NCBI GenBank assembly: GCA_026770705.1
Contig: JANJGN010000011.1
Span: 113,336,001 to 113,400,000 of the forward strand
Direction: 5' to 3'
DNA length: 64,000 bases
Source: Isurus oxyrinchus
Lineage: Eukaryota
The position numbers and the translations under genes were made by a program. This document shows positions 1 through 12,316 of this stretch, piece after piece; the stretch's first letter is position 1, and the number at the start of each line of letters is the position of its first letter. Under the pieces are notes generated by a model. It was not told the origin of the DNA, made no database searches, and was given only the letters and a program-made list of their open reading frames with translations.

Positions 1-1770
1 GAGGGTTTAAACAGATTGGCAAGGGGATGGGAATCTGAAGGAAAATTCAGAATGCAGAGGAGAAAAACTGGTAGTGGGAAGTAGTGAAGTATCAACTGTT
101 AATGAGGATATATCAAAGAGCAGTATCAAGGTACATAGAATACTTGAAGACTTTGATAGAATTAGAGTAGGGAATAGTAAGTCATTAGATGGGGTCAGAA
201 TAAGGGGGAAAGTAAAACAGCCTAAAACGCCTAAGAGCTAATGTGCATCTATGTGAATACAGAGAGTATGATTAATAAGATTGGTGCTCTGCAGGCACAG
301 GTTGAAAAATAGAATTATGATATTATTGCTATAACAGAGACATGGTTCAAAGAAGGGCATGTCTGGGTATTATATATTCCTGGATACAAGGTGTTTAGGA
401 GAGACAGGAAAGGAAGAAAAGATGGGGGGCAGGGGGGTAGTGGGATGTAGCAATATTGGTTAAAGATGGTATTACAGTACTAGGGAGAGGATATTCCAAA
501 GGCGTCAAGGATGGAATGTCTCTGGCTAGAGGTAAGGAATGAAAAAGGTGTAATCACATTGATTGGTGTATTATATAGACCATCAACTAGTGGAATAGAT
601 GTGGAGAAACAAATTTTCAAAAAAATTAGAGATGGGGGACTTCAATTTTCCAAATATAGACTGGGATAGGAATATTACAAAGGGATAAGAGGGGTGAGAG
701 TTCCTGGAACAGTATGTCTCCAGTCCAACAAGAAGGCATACACTTTTGGAACTGGTTCTGGGGAATGAGTTGGCCTAAATCGATCTAGGGGACAATGACC
801 ATTGTATCATTAGGTTTAGGTTAATCATAGAAAAGGACAGGGAACAATCCAGAGCAGGGATACTTAATTGGGGGAAAGCCAACCTCGATGGGATGAGAAT
901 GCACCTAAGTCGAGTGAGTTGGAATCAAATGTTGGCAGAAAAGACGGTAGCTGAACAATGGGTCACCTTTAAAAAAAAAAGTATTGCAGGCAATGTCAAG
1001 GTATATTCCCTTGAAGGGGCAAGGTAGGACAAATAAATCCAAAGCATCCTGGATGGTGAGAGAGATAGACATCAGGATGAAAAGGAAAAAGTGCGTATAC
1101 GACAGATGTCAGGTGGAAGATACAATGGAGAATCAGGCTGAATATAGAAGGACCAGAGGGAAAGTGAAGAATCTAATAAGAAAAGCAAGGAGAGAGCATG
1201 AAAAGAGGCTGGCAATGAACATAAAAGGGAATCCCAAGGTCTTCTATAAGCATATAAATAATAAAAGGTTGGGAAAAGAAAGAGTAGGGTCGATTAGGGT
1301 CAAAAAAGGGGACTTGCATATGGAGGCTGGAGAAATGGCAGAGGTGTTGAACAAGTAAGTTGCATCTGTCTCTACAAAGGAAGAAGACGCTACCCAGGCC
1401 AAGGTGAGAGAGGAGTTTCTTGGTACACTAGAAAAACTTACAATTAAGAGGAAGGAGGTGCTGGTATGGCTATCTTTACTTAAAATAGATAAGATACCAG
1501 CTCTGAATGAGATGCATCCAATGGTACTAAGGGAAGTGAGAGTGGAAGTTGCAGAAGCACTAGTGATAATCTTCCAGTCTTCCTTAGACACAGGGGAGGT
1601 GCTAGAGGACTGAAGAACTGTGAATGTTACACCCTTATTCAAAAAGAGGTGCAAGGATAAAGCTGGTAACTACAGGCCAGTCAGTTTGACCACAGTGGTA
1701 GGAAAACCTCTGGAAACTATGGTATGAGATAAAATCAATAGTCATTTAGACAACTGCAGGATAATTAAGG
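1..1770 (+). mobile_element. Decayed CR1-clade LINE (family A, HER1-like): ORF2 APE endonuclease, tether and start of RT
   Basis: Broken frames give YDIIAITETW, GVLYRP and GDFNFP (endonuclease); ORF 984-1358 NIKGNPKVFYKHIN; GNYRPVSLT near 1664. Many stops and frameshifts. Confidence 0.85.
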
Positions 1771-2543
1771 ATGCATAGACTATTTTCTAAATGGGGAGAG
1801 AATTCTGAAATCTGGAGTGCAAAGGGACTTGGGAGTCCTAGTCCAGGATTCTCTTAAGGTTAACTTGTAGGCTGAGTCAGTAGTTAGGAAGGCAAATGCA
1901 ATGTTGGCATTTATTTCGAGAGGACTAGAATATAAAAGCAGGGATGTGCTGCTGAGGCTTTATAAGGCTCTGATCAGACCACTTTTAGAATATTGTGAGC
2001 AATTTTAGGCCCAGTATCTCAGGAAGGAAGTGCTGGCCCTGGAGAGGGTCCAGAGGAGGTTCACGAGAACAATCCCAGGAATGAAAGGCTTAATATATGA
2101 GGAACATTTGAGGACTCTGGGTCTATACTCGATGGAGATTAGAAGGATGAGGAGGGATCTGATTGAAACTTACAGAATACTGAAAGGCGTGGATAGAGTG
2201 GACGTGGGGAAGATATTTCCATTAGTAGGAGAGACTAGGACCCAAGAGCACAGCCTCAGAGTAAAGGGAAGACCTCTTAGAACAGAGATGAGGAGAAACT
2301 TCTTTAGCCAGAGAGTGGTGAATCCAAGGAATTCATTGCCATAGAAGGCTGTTGAAGGCAGGTCATTAAGTGTATTTAAGACCGAGATAGATAGGTTCTT
2401 GATTGGTAGGGGGATCAAAGGTTACGGGGAGGAGGCAGGAAAATGGGGTTGAGAAACTTATCAGCCACGATTGAATGGTGGAGCAGACTTGATGGGCCGA
2501 ATGGCCTAATTTCTGCTCCTATATCTTATGGTCTTATGGTCTC
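1771..2543 (+). mobile_element. CR1 family A LINE 3' end with UTR and short tandem tail
   Basis: ORF 2030-2344 ALERVQRRFTRTIPGMKGL...RRNFFSQRVVN; 3' UTR GGGCCGAATGGCCT...GCTCCT then (TCTTATGG)2 tail. Confidence 0.9.
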
Positions 2544-3510
2544 CAACGAAAACAACCCAAGTCTATCCAACCTCTCTTCATAACTTAAATGTTTCATCCC
2601 AGGCAACATCCTGGTGAATCTCCTCTGCATCCCCTCCAGTGCAATCAAATCCTTCCTATAATGTGGCAACTACAATTGCACACAGTACTCCAGCTGTGGC
2701 CTCACCAAGGTTCTGTACAACTCCAACATTAGCTCCCTACTTTTGTAATCTATGCCTCAACTGATAATGGCAAGTGTCCCATATGCCTTTTTCACCACCC
2801 CACTAACATGCCCCTCTGCCTTCAGAGATCTATGGACACACACGCCAAGGGCACTTTGTTCCTCAGAACTTCCTAGTGTCATTCATTGAATACTTCCTTG
2901 TCAAATTACTCCTTCCAAAGTGTATCACCTCACACTTTCCAAGGTTAAATTCCATCTGCCACTTATCTACCCATTTGACCATCCCGTCTATATCTTCCTG
3001 TAGCCCAAGAAACTCAACCTCACTGTTAACCACCCAGCCAATCTTTGTGTCATCCGCAAACTTACTAATCCTACCCCTCACATAATCATCTATGTCATTT
3101 ATATAAATTACAAATAATAGGGGACCCAGCACAGATCCCTGTGGTATGCCACTGGACACTGGCTTCCAGTTACCAAAGCATCCTTCTGTCATCATCCCCT
3201 GTCTCCTACAACTAAACCAATTTTGAATCTGCCTTATCAAATTACACTGTATCCCATGTGCATTTGCCTTCTTTATAAGTCTCCCATGTGGGACCTTGTC
3301 AAAGGCTTTGCTGAAATCCATATAAACTACATCAACTGCACTCCCCTCATCTACACACCTGATCACCTCGTCAAAAAATTCAATCAAATTTGTTAGGCAT
3401 GACCTTCCTCTGACAAAGTTGACTATCCCTGATCAAACCTTGCCTCTCCAACTGAAAGTAAATTCTCTCCTTCAGAATTTTCTCCAATAGTTTCCCTACC
3501 ACTGACGTGA
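2544..3510 (-). mobile_element. CR1 family A LINE RT fragment
   Basis: ORF 2863-3387 has MDFSKAFDKVPH, SGIPQGSVLGPLLF and SKFADDTK. Confidence 0.9.
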
Positions 3511-5884
3511 GTCTTGTCTTGTCAATTTTTGGAATTAACAGGCAGATTCATTGCATTCTGTAAAGAGATGGCCAAGCCTTTTGCATCAGTATGTGTAAAA
3601 TAATAACCCCCTCATCTATGGAGCTTGTCTAAACTTTCAGTGACTCCAGCTACCCCATGAACCTTGGTGACAACAAGATTACTGACTAGTAAAGCATACA
3701 TAATGGACATTCTATGGACTAAATGATACACCCATAAAGTGCTGCGGGGCAGTCCAATGAGGGCTGAGTGGGACTTGCTTCCTTTATTGGGAGAAAGCAG
3801 GTAGGAAGGGAGGGTGGGGTTCGATCTGCAAAGGGCAGACCAAAGAGCGCCCCCTCCCCCCTTCCTTCCCACCCTTTAAACAGGTAAGTTAAAAAATAGG
3901 GCTTCCTGCCCCTTCCCAGCTGCCCATGCCAACCGTTTTATGGCATGAGCAGTGTATTAGTATTATCATTTGGCTTGATCACCACCTCCCATATAATGGG
4001 GGTGAATGGAAATGTGGTGTGGTGGGGTGTTCCCCTTGCCCTGCAGGAAACATGCCCACTGGGAGCATGTAAAATTCAGCCCTATATGTCACCCAATTTC
4101 CCAGTGGCAAATAACTGAGTTTATATCTTAGATTTCTTGCAAAATGAGAATGTTTGACCGCATTGGTGTTTATAATGCTCTTTTGCAAAAGAATCATTAG
4201 AGACTCATAAGGGCAAATAAAGCAAGGTCAGCATTCATACTCTATTCATCTGAATTGATACATAGCCCAGAGTCCATGTCAATACTGGTCGACAAAAAGC
4301 ATGTCTGAGTGACTTATCACGTTGCTGATCATGGCACGATTTACTTCTTGAAAGATTACATTATGAACTGCCTTTGAGTTCAGTTCAGTTTATCTGCTTA
4401 TCCTATCTTAACCATTTGTCTTTGTTAAGCGTGTATAAAAACAAAGTATAAACCTATTGCTAACATACAAAGAATCTGAACAGGTGTTAACTGCTAACAG
4501 TTCCACTGTGGCAGTGTCAGATGTAGGCATGTTATTTGTTTGTTTGATTTTCCCTTTATTGTTTGCATTTTTCTTTCATTTATCTGATTTATATGACACT
4601 CCTCAAAGATGCTCTGTTTCAATGAGAACAACTGAGAGATTAAGATCAAATAGATTTCAAAAAGCAAGGGGCTTTTGTTTTGCATCATTTTATGCAGGAA
4701 CTGCTGCAAACAACAGTTAATGTTGAAAAGCAGAATTTAAACTGGTGATTGCTTCATTTACTAGTATAAAAATCTTTTTGGCAAATGCAGAGCTCTGATG
4801 ACATGAAGTGCGACTTTTTCTATTCACAGGTAATGATCAACCTTGTCAACAAATAAGGGATAGTGCCACTTCTTCAATAAAGACTGCCAAGCTCATTACC
4901 TCAGGGGTGCACTGAAGAGTGCAGGTTACTTCCAGCAAAATAACACTCAGTGAGCAGGATTTTGCCTCCAGAGTCGGGTAACGTTTTCAGGTCCTAATCC
5001 CTCCCCAGGCCAAGTACAGAACCTGAGATTTTTGCAGCTGTGGGCTGCTAGTAGACTGGAGGGCAGGTTGGGTGACCATTAGTGGTGGCAGGTGCAGGAT
5101 GGAGGCAGGACCTCTAAAGTGCAGGCCTGATTTAAAGGCATCACAGTAGTCATTATTGACGCAGATGTTTGAAGGAGAAATGCAAGTACACAGGACAGGG
5201 CTGCCCCCCTCTTCTCAGCTGTTGAACTCAAGGTCTTCCTGTCAGATGTGGGGGAGAGGAAGGATGTCGTCTTTTGGAGGGTGGAAGGAGAAGGTCACCT
5301 TCTCAAAGCAGTGGTGGTTACAGGTGGCTCTCTTATTCATTAACTAATCTTTCATAGAAATTTCCTTGTCTTCATCACCACTGCTTCAATACAGCTTGCA
5401 ATAAACTAGGGAAGTGAGTCATTGTATCAATACATAGTTGCTTGAATGTAATTGGCACTCTTGTTATTTATTACTGTACATGAAGTCAGTTTCTGCTTGA
5501 GATATTTCCAATTGTCTTTGCTGTACAGACAAACTAAGTACTGGTCAGATTGGTACTTTGCTGAGTGCTTTTGGTGGACCATGGGAGATGATCAAGGCAG
5601 GATTCAATCTGTCATTTGAAAAGGAATTAGTTTGGTGCAACCACAGTTGACTGCAAAAGAAACTACAGCACAATTGTGATGTTTTACCCTTTCTAATTGC
5701 CATGGTTTTATACATAACACTGCTTAGTATGGAAGCAAAAAATTGCAGCACACACTGGGCACCATTTTCTGCTGGCAAAGAGACAGATGGACACAAAACT
5801 TAACACCACCAGATGGCATGCATGTTTTACACTGCTGTTCCTGATTCTGGCAGGGATTTCTTTATTTTTGTTGTCAGTGACTCG

Positions 5885-6385
5885 GTGGGCGAGGCGGGTG
5901 GGGGTGTGGAATGGATAGTCAGTGGGGTAGTTGGGGGATTAGTCAGGGCTGGTAGTTGGGGTGGGTGGTCTGGGTTTTTTAAAAATTCATTCACAGGATG
6001 TGGGCTTCGCTGGCTGGGTCAGCATTTATTTCCCACCCCTAACTGACTTTGAGAAGGTGGTGGTGAGCTGCCTTCTGGAACCACGGCAATCCATATGAAG
6101 TAGGTACACCCACAGTGCTGTTAGGAAGCGAGTTCCAGGATTTTGAGGAATTCGAGGGAGGCTGGGTAGTTTGGGGATTGGTAGTTGGGGAGCTGGATAG
6201 TCGGGCTGGGTAGCTCCGGTGAGATGGGTAGTTGGGGGTGGTTGGGTAGTCAGATTGGCGGTAGTCAGAGTGGTGGGGAGTTGGGTCAAGGTTAATTGGG
6301 GTGGTGGGTAGTGAAGCAAGTAGAGGTGGTTGGGGATGATGGGGAAGTGTGGGGGCAGGGGCAGCACGGCAGTGGGGATGGGCTC
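5885..6385 (+). repeat. G-rich low-complexity tract (GGGTAGTTGGGG-like units) split by a CR1 3' fragment
   Basis: Repeated ggtagtt/ggtagtc+gggg units on both sides of 5975-6145. Confidence 0.6.
5975..6145 (-). mobile_element. CR1 family B LINE 3' terminal fragment
   Basis: Reverse complement of the family B end (CACCACCACCTTCTCAAG...CCCACATCC.GTGAATGAA) seen at 11940-12030, 33960-34060 and 56270-56350. Confidence 0.8.
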
Positions 6386-7156
6386 CCCCATTTAATCACA
6401 GACCTCCACCAGAAATTAACAGTGGCACAGTACAAGCTAAGTATTAAGGTAAGCATCACACAACAGCCCATTGGAAGTTTATATGCCCAAGCAACTACAG
6501 TGCATGTACACAGATCTGGACTACTATAGGGCCTGAACAGCGGCGAATAGCTCGACATATGCATTGTTGGCATTGGAAGATCTGGGCCATTAAGGTAGTT
6601 GTTCAGAAAGGAAAAAGGGTGTGCTTGTAGCAGCAGCAACATGATACAAAAGCTGAGTTAGGCTGGAATTGAGATGAACATTTTTCAAAGCCTGTAATGT
6701 TTTAAAGCATTGCAATGTAAAAAAAGAAAATGCTTCAAAACTTTGGAATTACCGTAAATTACATCAATTATTAGCATCTATAAATTAAATGAGAACCTTA
6801 TTGTACTAATGTACACCGTTTCATTTACAGTGATAATGGTTTCAAGAAAATGTACATTTTTTGTCAAATTCATTGTTGTGATTCAAATTCGAAACATGAC
6901 TGGTGATTCGGGGTCATCAAAAACCAAGTTTTAAAATCAAACAACAGAAGTAGTTTTCAGTGTTATAAATTGTGCTTAGTTTTTAAAATTTGCATGTGTA
7001 CACATGCCTCTGTTTATATAAAACCTGTGATCATAACTAATGAAGACAGGCACTAAATTGTGAGACTCCAGACTGAGAATTGGTAGAGATCCACTTCACT
7101 TGAAATTGTGGGTTGCCTAATCAAGCTCTGAATAATTTATGTTGCAAGTATTTTGT

Positions 7157-7495
7157 CATAGAAACATAGAAAATAGGAGCAAGACTAGGTCATTCAGCCC
7201 GTCGAGCCTGCTCTGCCATTCAGTTCATTATGGCTGATCCTCCGTCTCAATACCATACTACCGCTCTCTGCCCATACCCCTTGATGCCTTTCAAGTCTAG
7301 AAATCTATCTATTTCCTTCTTAAATATATTCAGTAATTTGGCCTCTACGACCATCGGTGGTGGAGAATTCCACAGGTTCACCACCCTCTGAGTGAAGAAG
7401 TTTCTCTTCATCTCAATTTTAAATGGCCTACCCCACTTCCTGAGACCATGGCCCCTTGTTTTAGATCCCCTGGCCAAAGGAAATGTCATCCCTGT
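7157..7495 (-). mobile_element. CR1 family A LINE 3' end
   Basis: ORF 7247-7573 RNFFTQRVVNLWNS...IKGYG; CATAGAAACATAGAAA tail on + strand. Confidence 0.85.
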
Positions 7496-7850
7496 GATGT
7501 TACGAAGTGATACAACCTGATTCGTCAGAGGACGGAGTAAAATAGTGAAAAGCTCAGTAGTTGCCAGGGACACGGTTGCTTACAAAACTGCAGCCCTATA
7601 ATTAAGGGGAGAACTGAGGTAGCAACTGTCTGAGGGAGGGATGGATATTAATCTTGGGCTGTGTAAACTTCCTTAGATTAGAAAAAAAGTTTGATAACCC
7701 ATGCAGAATCCTGTGCATCTTGACCTTACTAAACCAAGTTCATAGTCATAACAAACAAGGCAATGATTAAGCAGTGTGCATGTCTAACTTCCAACAAGAT
7801 CCCAGATTTTGGGAGTAACAAATGGAATTTTCTTAGTAAATGAATACAGA

Positions 7851-8671
7851 GGCCAGGATTTTACAGCCCCTCCCATCCGACAGGATATTGTGGCAGAATT
7901 TTGCCCTTGGATAGCGTGCGGGCCCCACTGGCTGGGCGGCAGGCGGACAGCCGACCCCTCCACCGAATCGAGGCCCGTTGCCATTTTGAGTGGGCGGGCC
8001 AATTAAGGCCTGCCCAGCAACCTGCCCAACAGGAAGTACTTCCTGTTCTGTGGGAGGAGGGAATCCCCATCTGACAAAGTGTACTCTTTCATGCATGCGC
8101 ACCTGCTCCCTGAGGCAAAGTCCTGTCTCAGGGAGATTAGTACAGGTAAGTGAAGTCTAAAAATAGAAAAATATTAAAATTATTAACATGTCCCCCTCAT
8201 GTGGCAATGTCACACGAGATGGGACATGTTAATAATAAACACAAAATTTATTACATTTTTTTAAAACGGACATGAAACTTCATCCCGCCAGTGGATGAAG
8301 TTTCATAAATAATCTGGAGCCCATTGGGGTTCCTGGCCTGCCCGCCAGCCTTAAGGTTGGACGGGCAGGTCTTTAATTATCTTAACTAGCCTGTCAATGG
8401 CCTCAATTGGCCATTGACAGGTCGGCGGGCGCACAGCTGATTTCACTGTCCGCCCGCCTTCCTAAAAAGTTAAATGGCCCGGGATGACATCGGGAATTCC
8501 TCCCGACATCATCCCGCGTCATTTTCCCCTCGGCAAATGGGCCCCGCCCCCAAATCGCAACGGGGCAAATCCTGGCCCAAGGTTCCACTGAACTGAATGG
8601 AGATTTAAATGGCTCGCCACATCCATTGGAGAAGGGGAGACACGCCATGACGGAGCCATAAAATCCTGGCC
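7851..8671. mobile_element. GC-rich non-autonomous TIR element (MITE-like) with a related element nested at about 7891-8578
   Basis: Perfect 13-bp TIR GGCCAGGATTTTA (7851-7863) / TAAAATCCTGGCC (8659-8671); inner imperfect TIR TGGCAGAATTTTGCCC / GGGCAAATCCTGGCCC; no credible coding frame. Confidence 0.6.
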
Positions 8672-9269
8672 AGGGCATTATTTTAAAAATCTTTTTTTTT
8701 GTAAGAAGGAATGCTTTCCTATTTAATGCAAACTATAACTGGAGATCTGCAATGTCAAGGAGCAATAGTGTCTGTTCAATTGAGCTCTAAATAAAATAAT
8801 CATTAATAGTTAAAAAAAATTCAATTGGCGTTTCAAACCTATGATATTAACACCTTGTTTTGTACATTTATAACACATGTTCCAATGAAAACGTAGGGCC
8901 AGATTTTGTTCTCAGCAGTTAACAACGAGTGTTAGCCATTGTTTCTAAACTTATTTCTATATGGGATTTGCCACTGCAGCACACTGTAAATTAGAGAGTC
9001 AAAATGCTACACTACCCTCTACAGGAGATCTGGAACCTGTGTGTACAGGACTAGCACCTGTACATCTCATTAACCAATTAATTATTCTATTAATCATTCA
9101 CACTGTAGTCTGGATCTATGGATAGTGATGGTAGAGGCATCAACATTGTTTCCATGACATGACTGACCAGGAATCGCTCCCACTCTTACCACCTGCTTTT
9201 GGCATGTGCTGGAAGGATTTGCGGAATGATGTTCAACCTGTTTGCATTATGAACGCATCTTCCTTGGTC

Positions 9270-9340
9270 TACCCGAGAGTAGGACTTGAGCCTGGAATTT
9301 CTGGCTCAGAGGCAGGAATGCTACCCACAGGACCACAAGA
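9270..9340 (-). mobile_element. tRNA-derived SINE head (DeuSINE/SacSINE1-like)
   Basis: Reverse complement GTGGGTAGCATTCCTGCCTCTGAGCCAG...GGCTCAAGTCC matches the head at 52857-52910 and has pol III A/B-box-like motifs. Family name is from recall. Confidence 0.55.
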
Positions 9341-9624
9341 TCCCTGTTGATCAGCTACAGAAATCAAAATAAAGAAAGGGCAAAAAGGATGGAATAAAGA
9401 AAGAGAAAAAGAGACATAAAGAGTTAAAAACAAGCTCTGTTCTCTCAAGCAGAGGGGGTAATTTTAGCCACTAATAATGGATGCATTTGGCATGGATGAG
9501 AAGTAAAGATATTTTAAAATTTCAAATCCTGCTCCAACCTGCCCATCTCTGGTTCTAACAGCAGCTGGTTAGGGGGTGCATGCAATCAATGTGCACTCAT
9601 GGGTTAGTCACTGAAATATTTTAG

Positions 9625-9842
9625 AGGTTTTTTAAAAATTTCTTTACAGGATGTGTGTTTCACTGGCTAGACCAGCACTTGTTGCCCATCTCTAATTGCC
9701 CTTAAGGAGGTGGTGGTAAGCTGCTTTCTTGAACAGCTGCAGTCCATATCATGTCGGTACGCCCACAGTGCTGATAGGGAGGTAGTTCCAGGATTTTGAC
9801 CCAGTGACAGTGAAGGAACGACGATATATTTCCAAGTCAGGA
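9625..9842 (-). mobile_element. CR1 family B LINE 3' fragment
   Basis: Same 3' terminal sequence as the other family B copies. Confidence 0.8.
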
Positions 9843-10672
9843 TCGTTTAGGCTAGGAGAGACCAAACACAGACTGGGTGACCGCATTGCGGAACACCTTA
9901 GGTCTGTCCTCAAGCATGACCCAGACCTTCCTGTTGCTTGCCAATTCAACACTCCACCCTGCTCACATGTCCATCTTTGGCCTTCTGAAATGTTCCAGTG
10001 AAGCTCAACACAAACTGGAGAAACAGCACCTCATCTTCCAATTAGGCACTCTACAGTGTTCCACTCTTCCAGACTTAACATTGAGTTTAACAACTTCAGA
10101 CCTTGATCTCTCTCTCCCCTCCATCCTCACCCCTTTTTTATTCCCTTTTTCCTCATTCATTTTTATTTTTTATTTTATATACTTTTTCCACTTATTTTTA
10201 TTTTTTTAAACTTATTTTCATTATTATTCATTGTTTTATCCCCACCTTATAGCCTACTTTTGATCTTTTTCCCCACCACCATCCCTTCCCCCCCACCCCA
10301 CCCCCACCAGGGCCATCTGTCACTTGCTCATGCTGCTCTTTCAAGAGGGCTTACCTTTGTCTGGCTTTTATCACGTTCTGCTTTCTATCCTTAATGTCAC
10401 CATTAGCACATCCTTTAGCCAGTACCACCGCCATCAACACCCCTTTGACCTTTTGTCTATGACATCATTTGCAATCTCTCCTTTGCCTCCACCTATCACT
10501 GGCCTTCTATCCATCTTCACCTGTTCCACCCCCCTTAAACAGTATAAATTTCACCACATTTTTACTCTCTTAGCTCTGAAGAAGTCATATGGACTAGAAA
10601 CATTAACTCTGTCTTTCTCTCCACAGATACTGCCAGACCTGCTGAGCTTTTCCAGCATTTTTTGTTTTTGTT
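9843..10672 (+). mobile_element. 5'-truncated Penelope-like element: GIY-YIG endonuclease C-terminus, 3' UTR and hammerhead-bearing terminal repeat
   Basis: ORF 9804-10001 GETKHRLGDRIAEHLRSV...PVACQFN; terminal CTGAAGA-AGTC-ATATG-GACT-AGAAACATTAAC at 10576-10607; co-linear with 39860-40600. Confidence 0.8.
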
Positions 10673-11604
10673 AAGGCTGAAATTACGCTGTTTGCTACTT
10701 CATAATATTGCTGTTATCCACCATCACAAGGGTGCTATGAGCTAACTTTAAGTAGTGGTCATTATGTCAAATATCCCCACTCCTAATCAGTGAACTGATT
10801 CAACTTAAATTAGGCCCATCCATGAAGATTCCATTTGCCCCATGCCAAATTGTTCAGGTAAGCAGACCTTGTTTCCCCAAACCTCTGGTCAATTTATGTT
10901 ATGTATGAAAGCTGCCTCTGGCATATTTGTGGATTGAATTTGTCTATTGAAGGAGCATGGGACAAACAGAGTATGAGAATTTGGGCTTGGGAATTAAGGA
11001 TAAGCAGGGGTGGAAAAATTTGAAGGCTTGCATTTTGTAGAAGGACTTGGGCGTGAGTGTTACTTGCAGGTAATATAATGGATCAGTGAACAACAGAAAG
11101 GGAAGATGTTTGAGGCATATGTATAACAGGTGATGGATTAAATGACTGCAAATATATATAGTGACAGCATTTGAAAATGTGGAATGGAGGCACCTCAAGA
11201 GGGAGGCCTGTGAACAGCAGAGGTTAGAGTTTAGAGTTCAGAACAGGCCATTGCACAATAGAAATGGGGAGAGTTGGCAGTCAAAATTTAGGGAAGGACT
11301 TTTTATTTGTAAGATAAAAAGCTCTGCTAAGCTTCCTTCCAAAGTAGGCCCCACCCAACTCTCAATACAAATTGGCAGGATGACCTCATCTATGAGAAAA
11401 CCTGCTAATTACAATTTCATGTGCAGTTTAAATATTATGCAGGAAAACCTGTGTACCTGGCAGAATTGGAGTTCATAAATGCTTCCAAGTGCTGCTTCCC
11501 TAAATGCAATCATTTCCCGTTGAGTAAGCAGCACATTTGAGCTTCAGAAGTTTTCTGCATTTTGCAAATAGTCTTGTTATGTTGTGGTAACTCCCTTTGC
11601 AACA

Positions 11605-12030
11605 TGTCAAGAAGCTTGACACCATCCAGGACAAAGCAGCCCGCTTGATTGGCACCATATCCACAAACATTCACTCCCTCTACCACGGCGCACAGTAGCA
11701 GCAGTGCATCTACATGATGCACTGCAGGAATTTACTAACGTACCTTTGACAGCACCTTCCAAACCCACTACCACTACCATCAGGTCAGCAAATAGATAGG
11801 AACACCACCACCTGGAAATTCCCCTCCCTATTAACTCACCATCCTGACTTGAAAATATATTGCCGTTCCTAAATCCTGGAAACCTCTCCCTAACAGCACT
11901 GTGAGTGTACCTACACGACATGGACTGCAGCAGTTCAAGAAGGCAGCTCACCACCACCTTCTCAAGGGCAACTAGGGATGGGCAATAAATAAAAGCGAAG
12001 CCCACATCCCGTGAATGAATTTTAAAAAAC
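11605..12030 (+). mobile_element. CR1 family B LINE 3' end
   Basis: KKLDTIQDKAARLIG coding remnant; end CCCACATCCCGTGAATGAAT. Confidence 0.8.
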
Positions 12031-12316
12031 GCCAGGTTGAAAACTGAAGTAGATCCCAGAACATCCCCGCATGGACAGCTTCATCTTATGCAAATTAATC
12101 CTTCCATGGGACAAGATCAAGGGTATAGAAACACCCCTCTGTATCTCTGGAAGAGTAGATGCCTCCATAATTTTGGGTGTAGTTCAGGGCACATTTTAAA
12201 AAATCTTCTGCATTGTTACTTACATTACTTTCCCTCTAGTCAATCTTTGGTTAACCCGCTATTAGAGTTCTTTAACAAATTAAACCTCTAGCAAATGGCA
12301 AAATAAGATTTCTAAC

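Noticed and set aside
6355-6380. HE1 SINE 5' end (GGGGCAGCACGG)
   Set aside because: The match is only about 12 nt inside a G-rich tract, and no B box or body follows.
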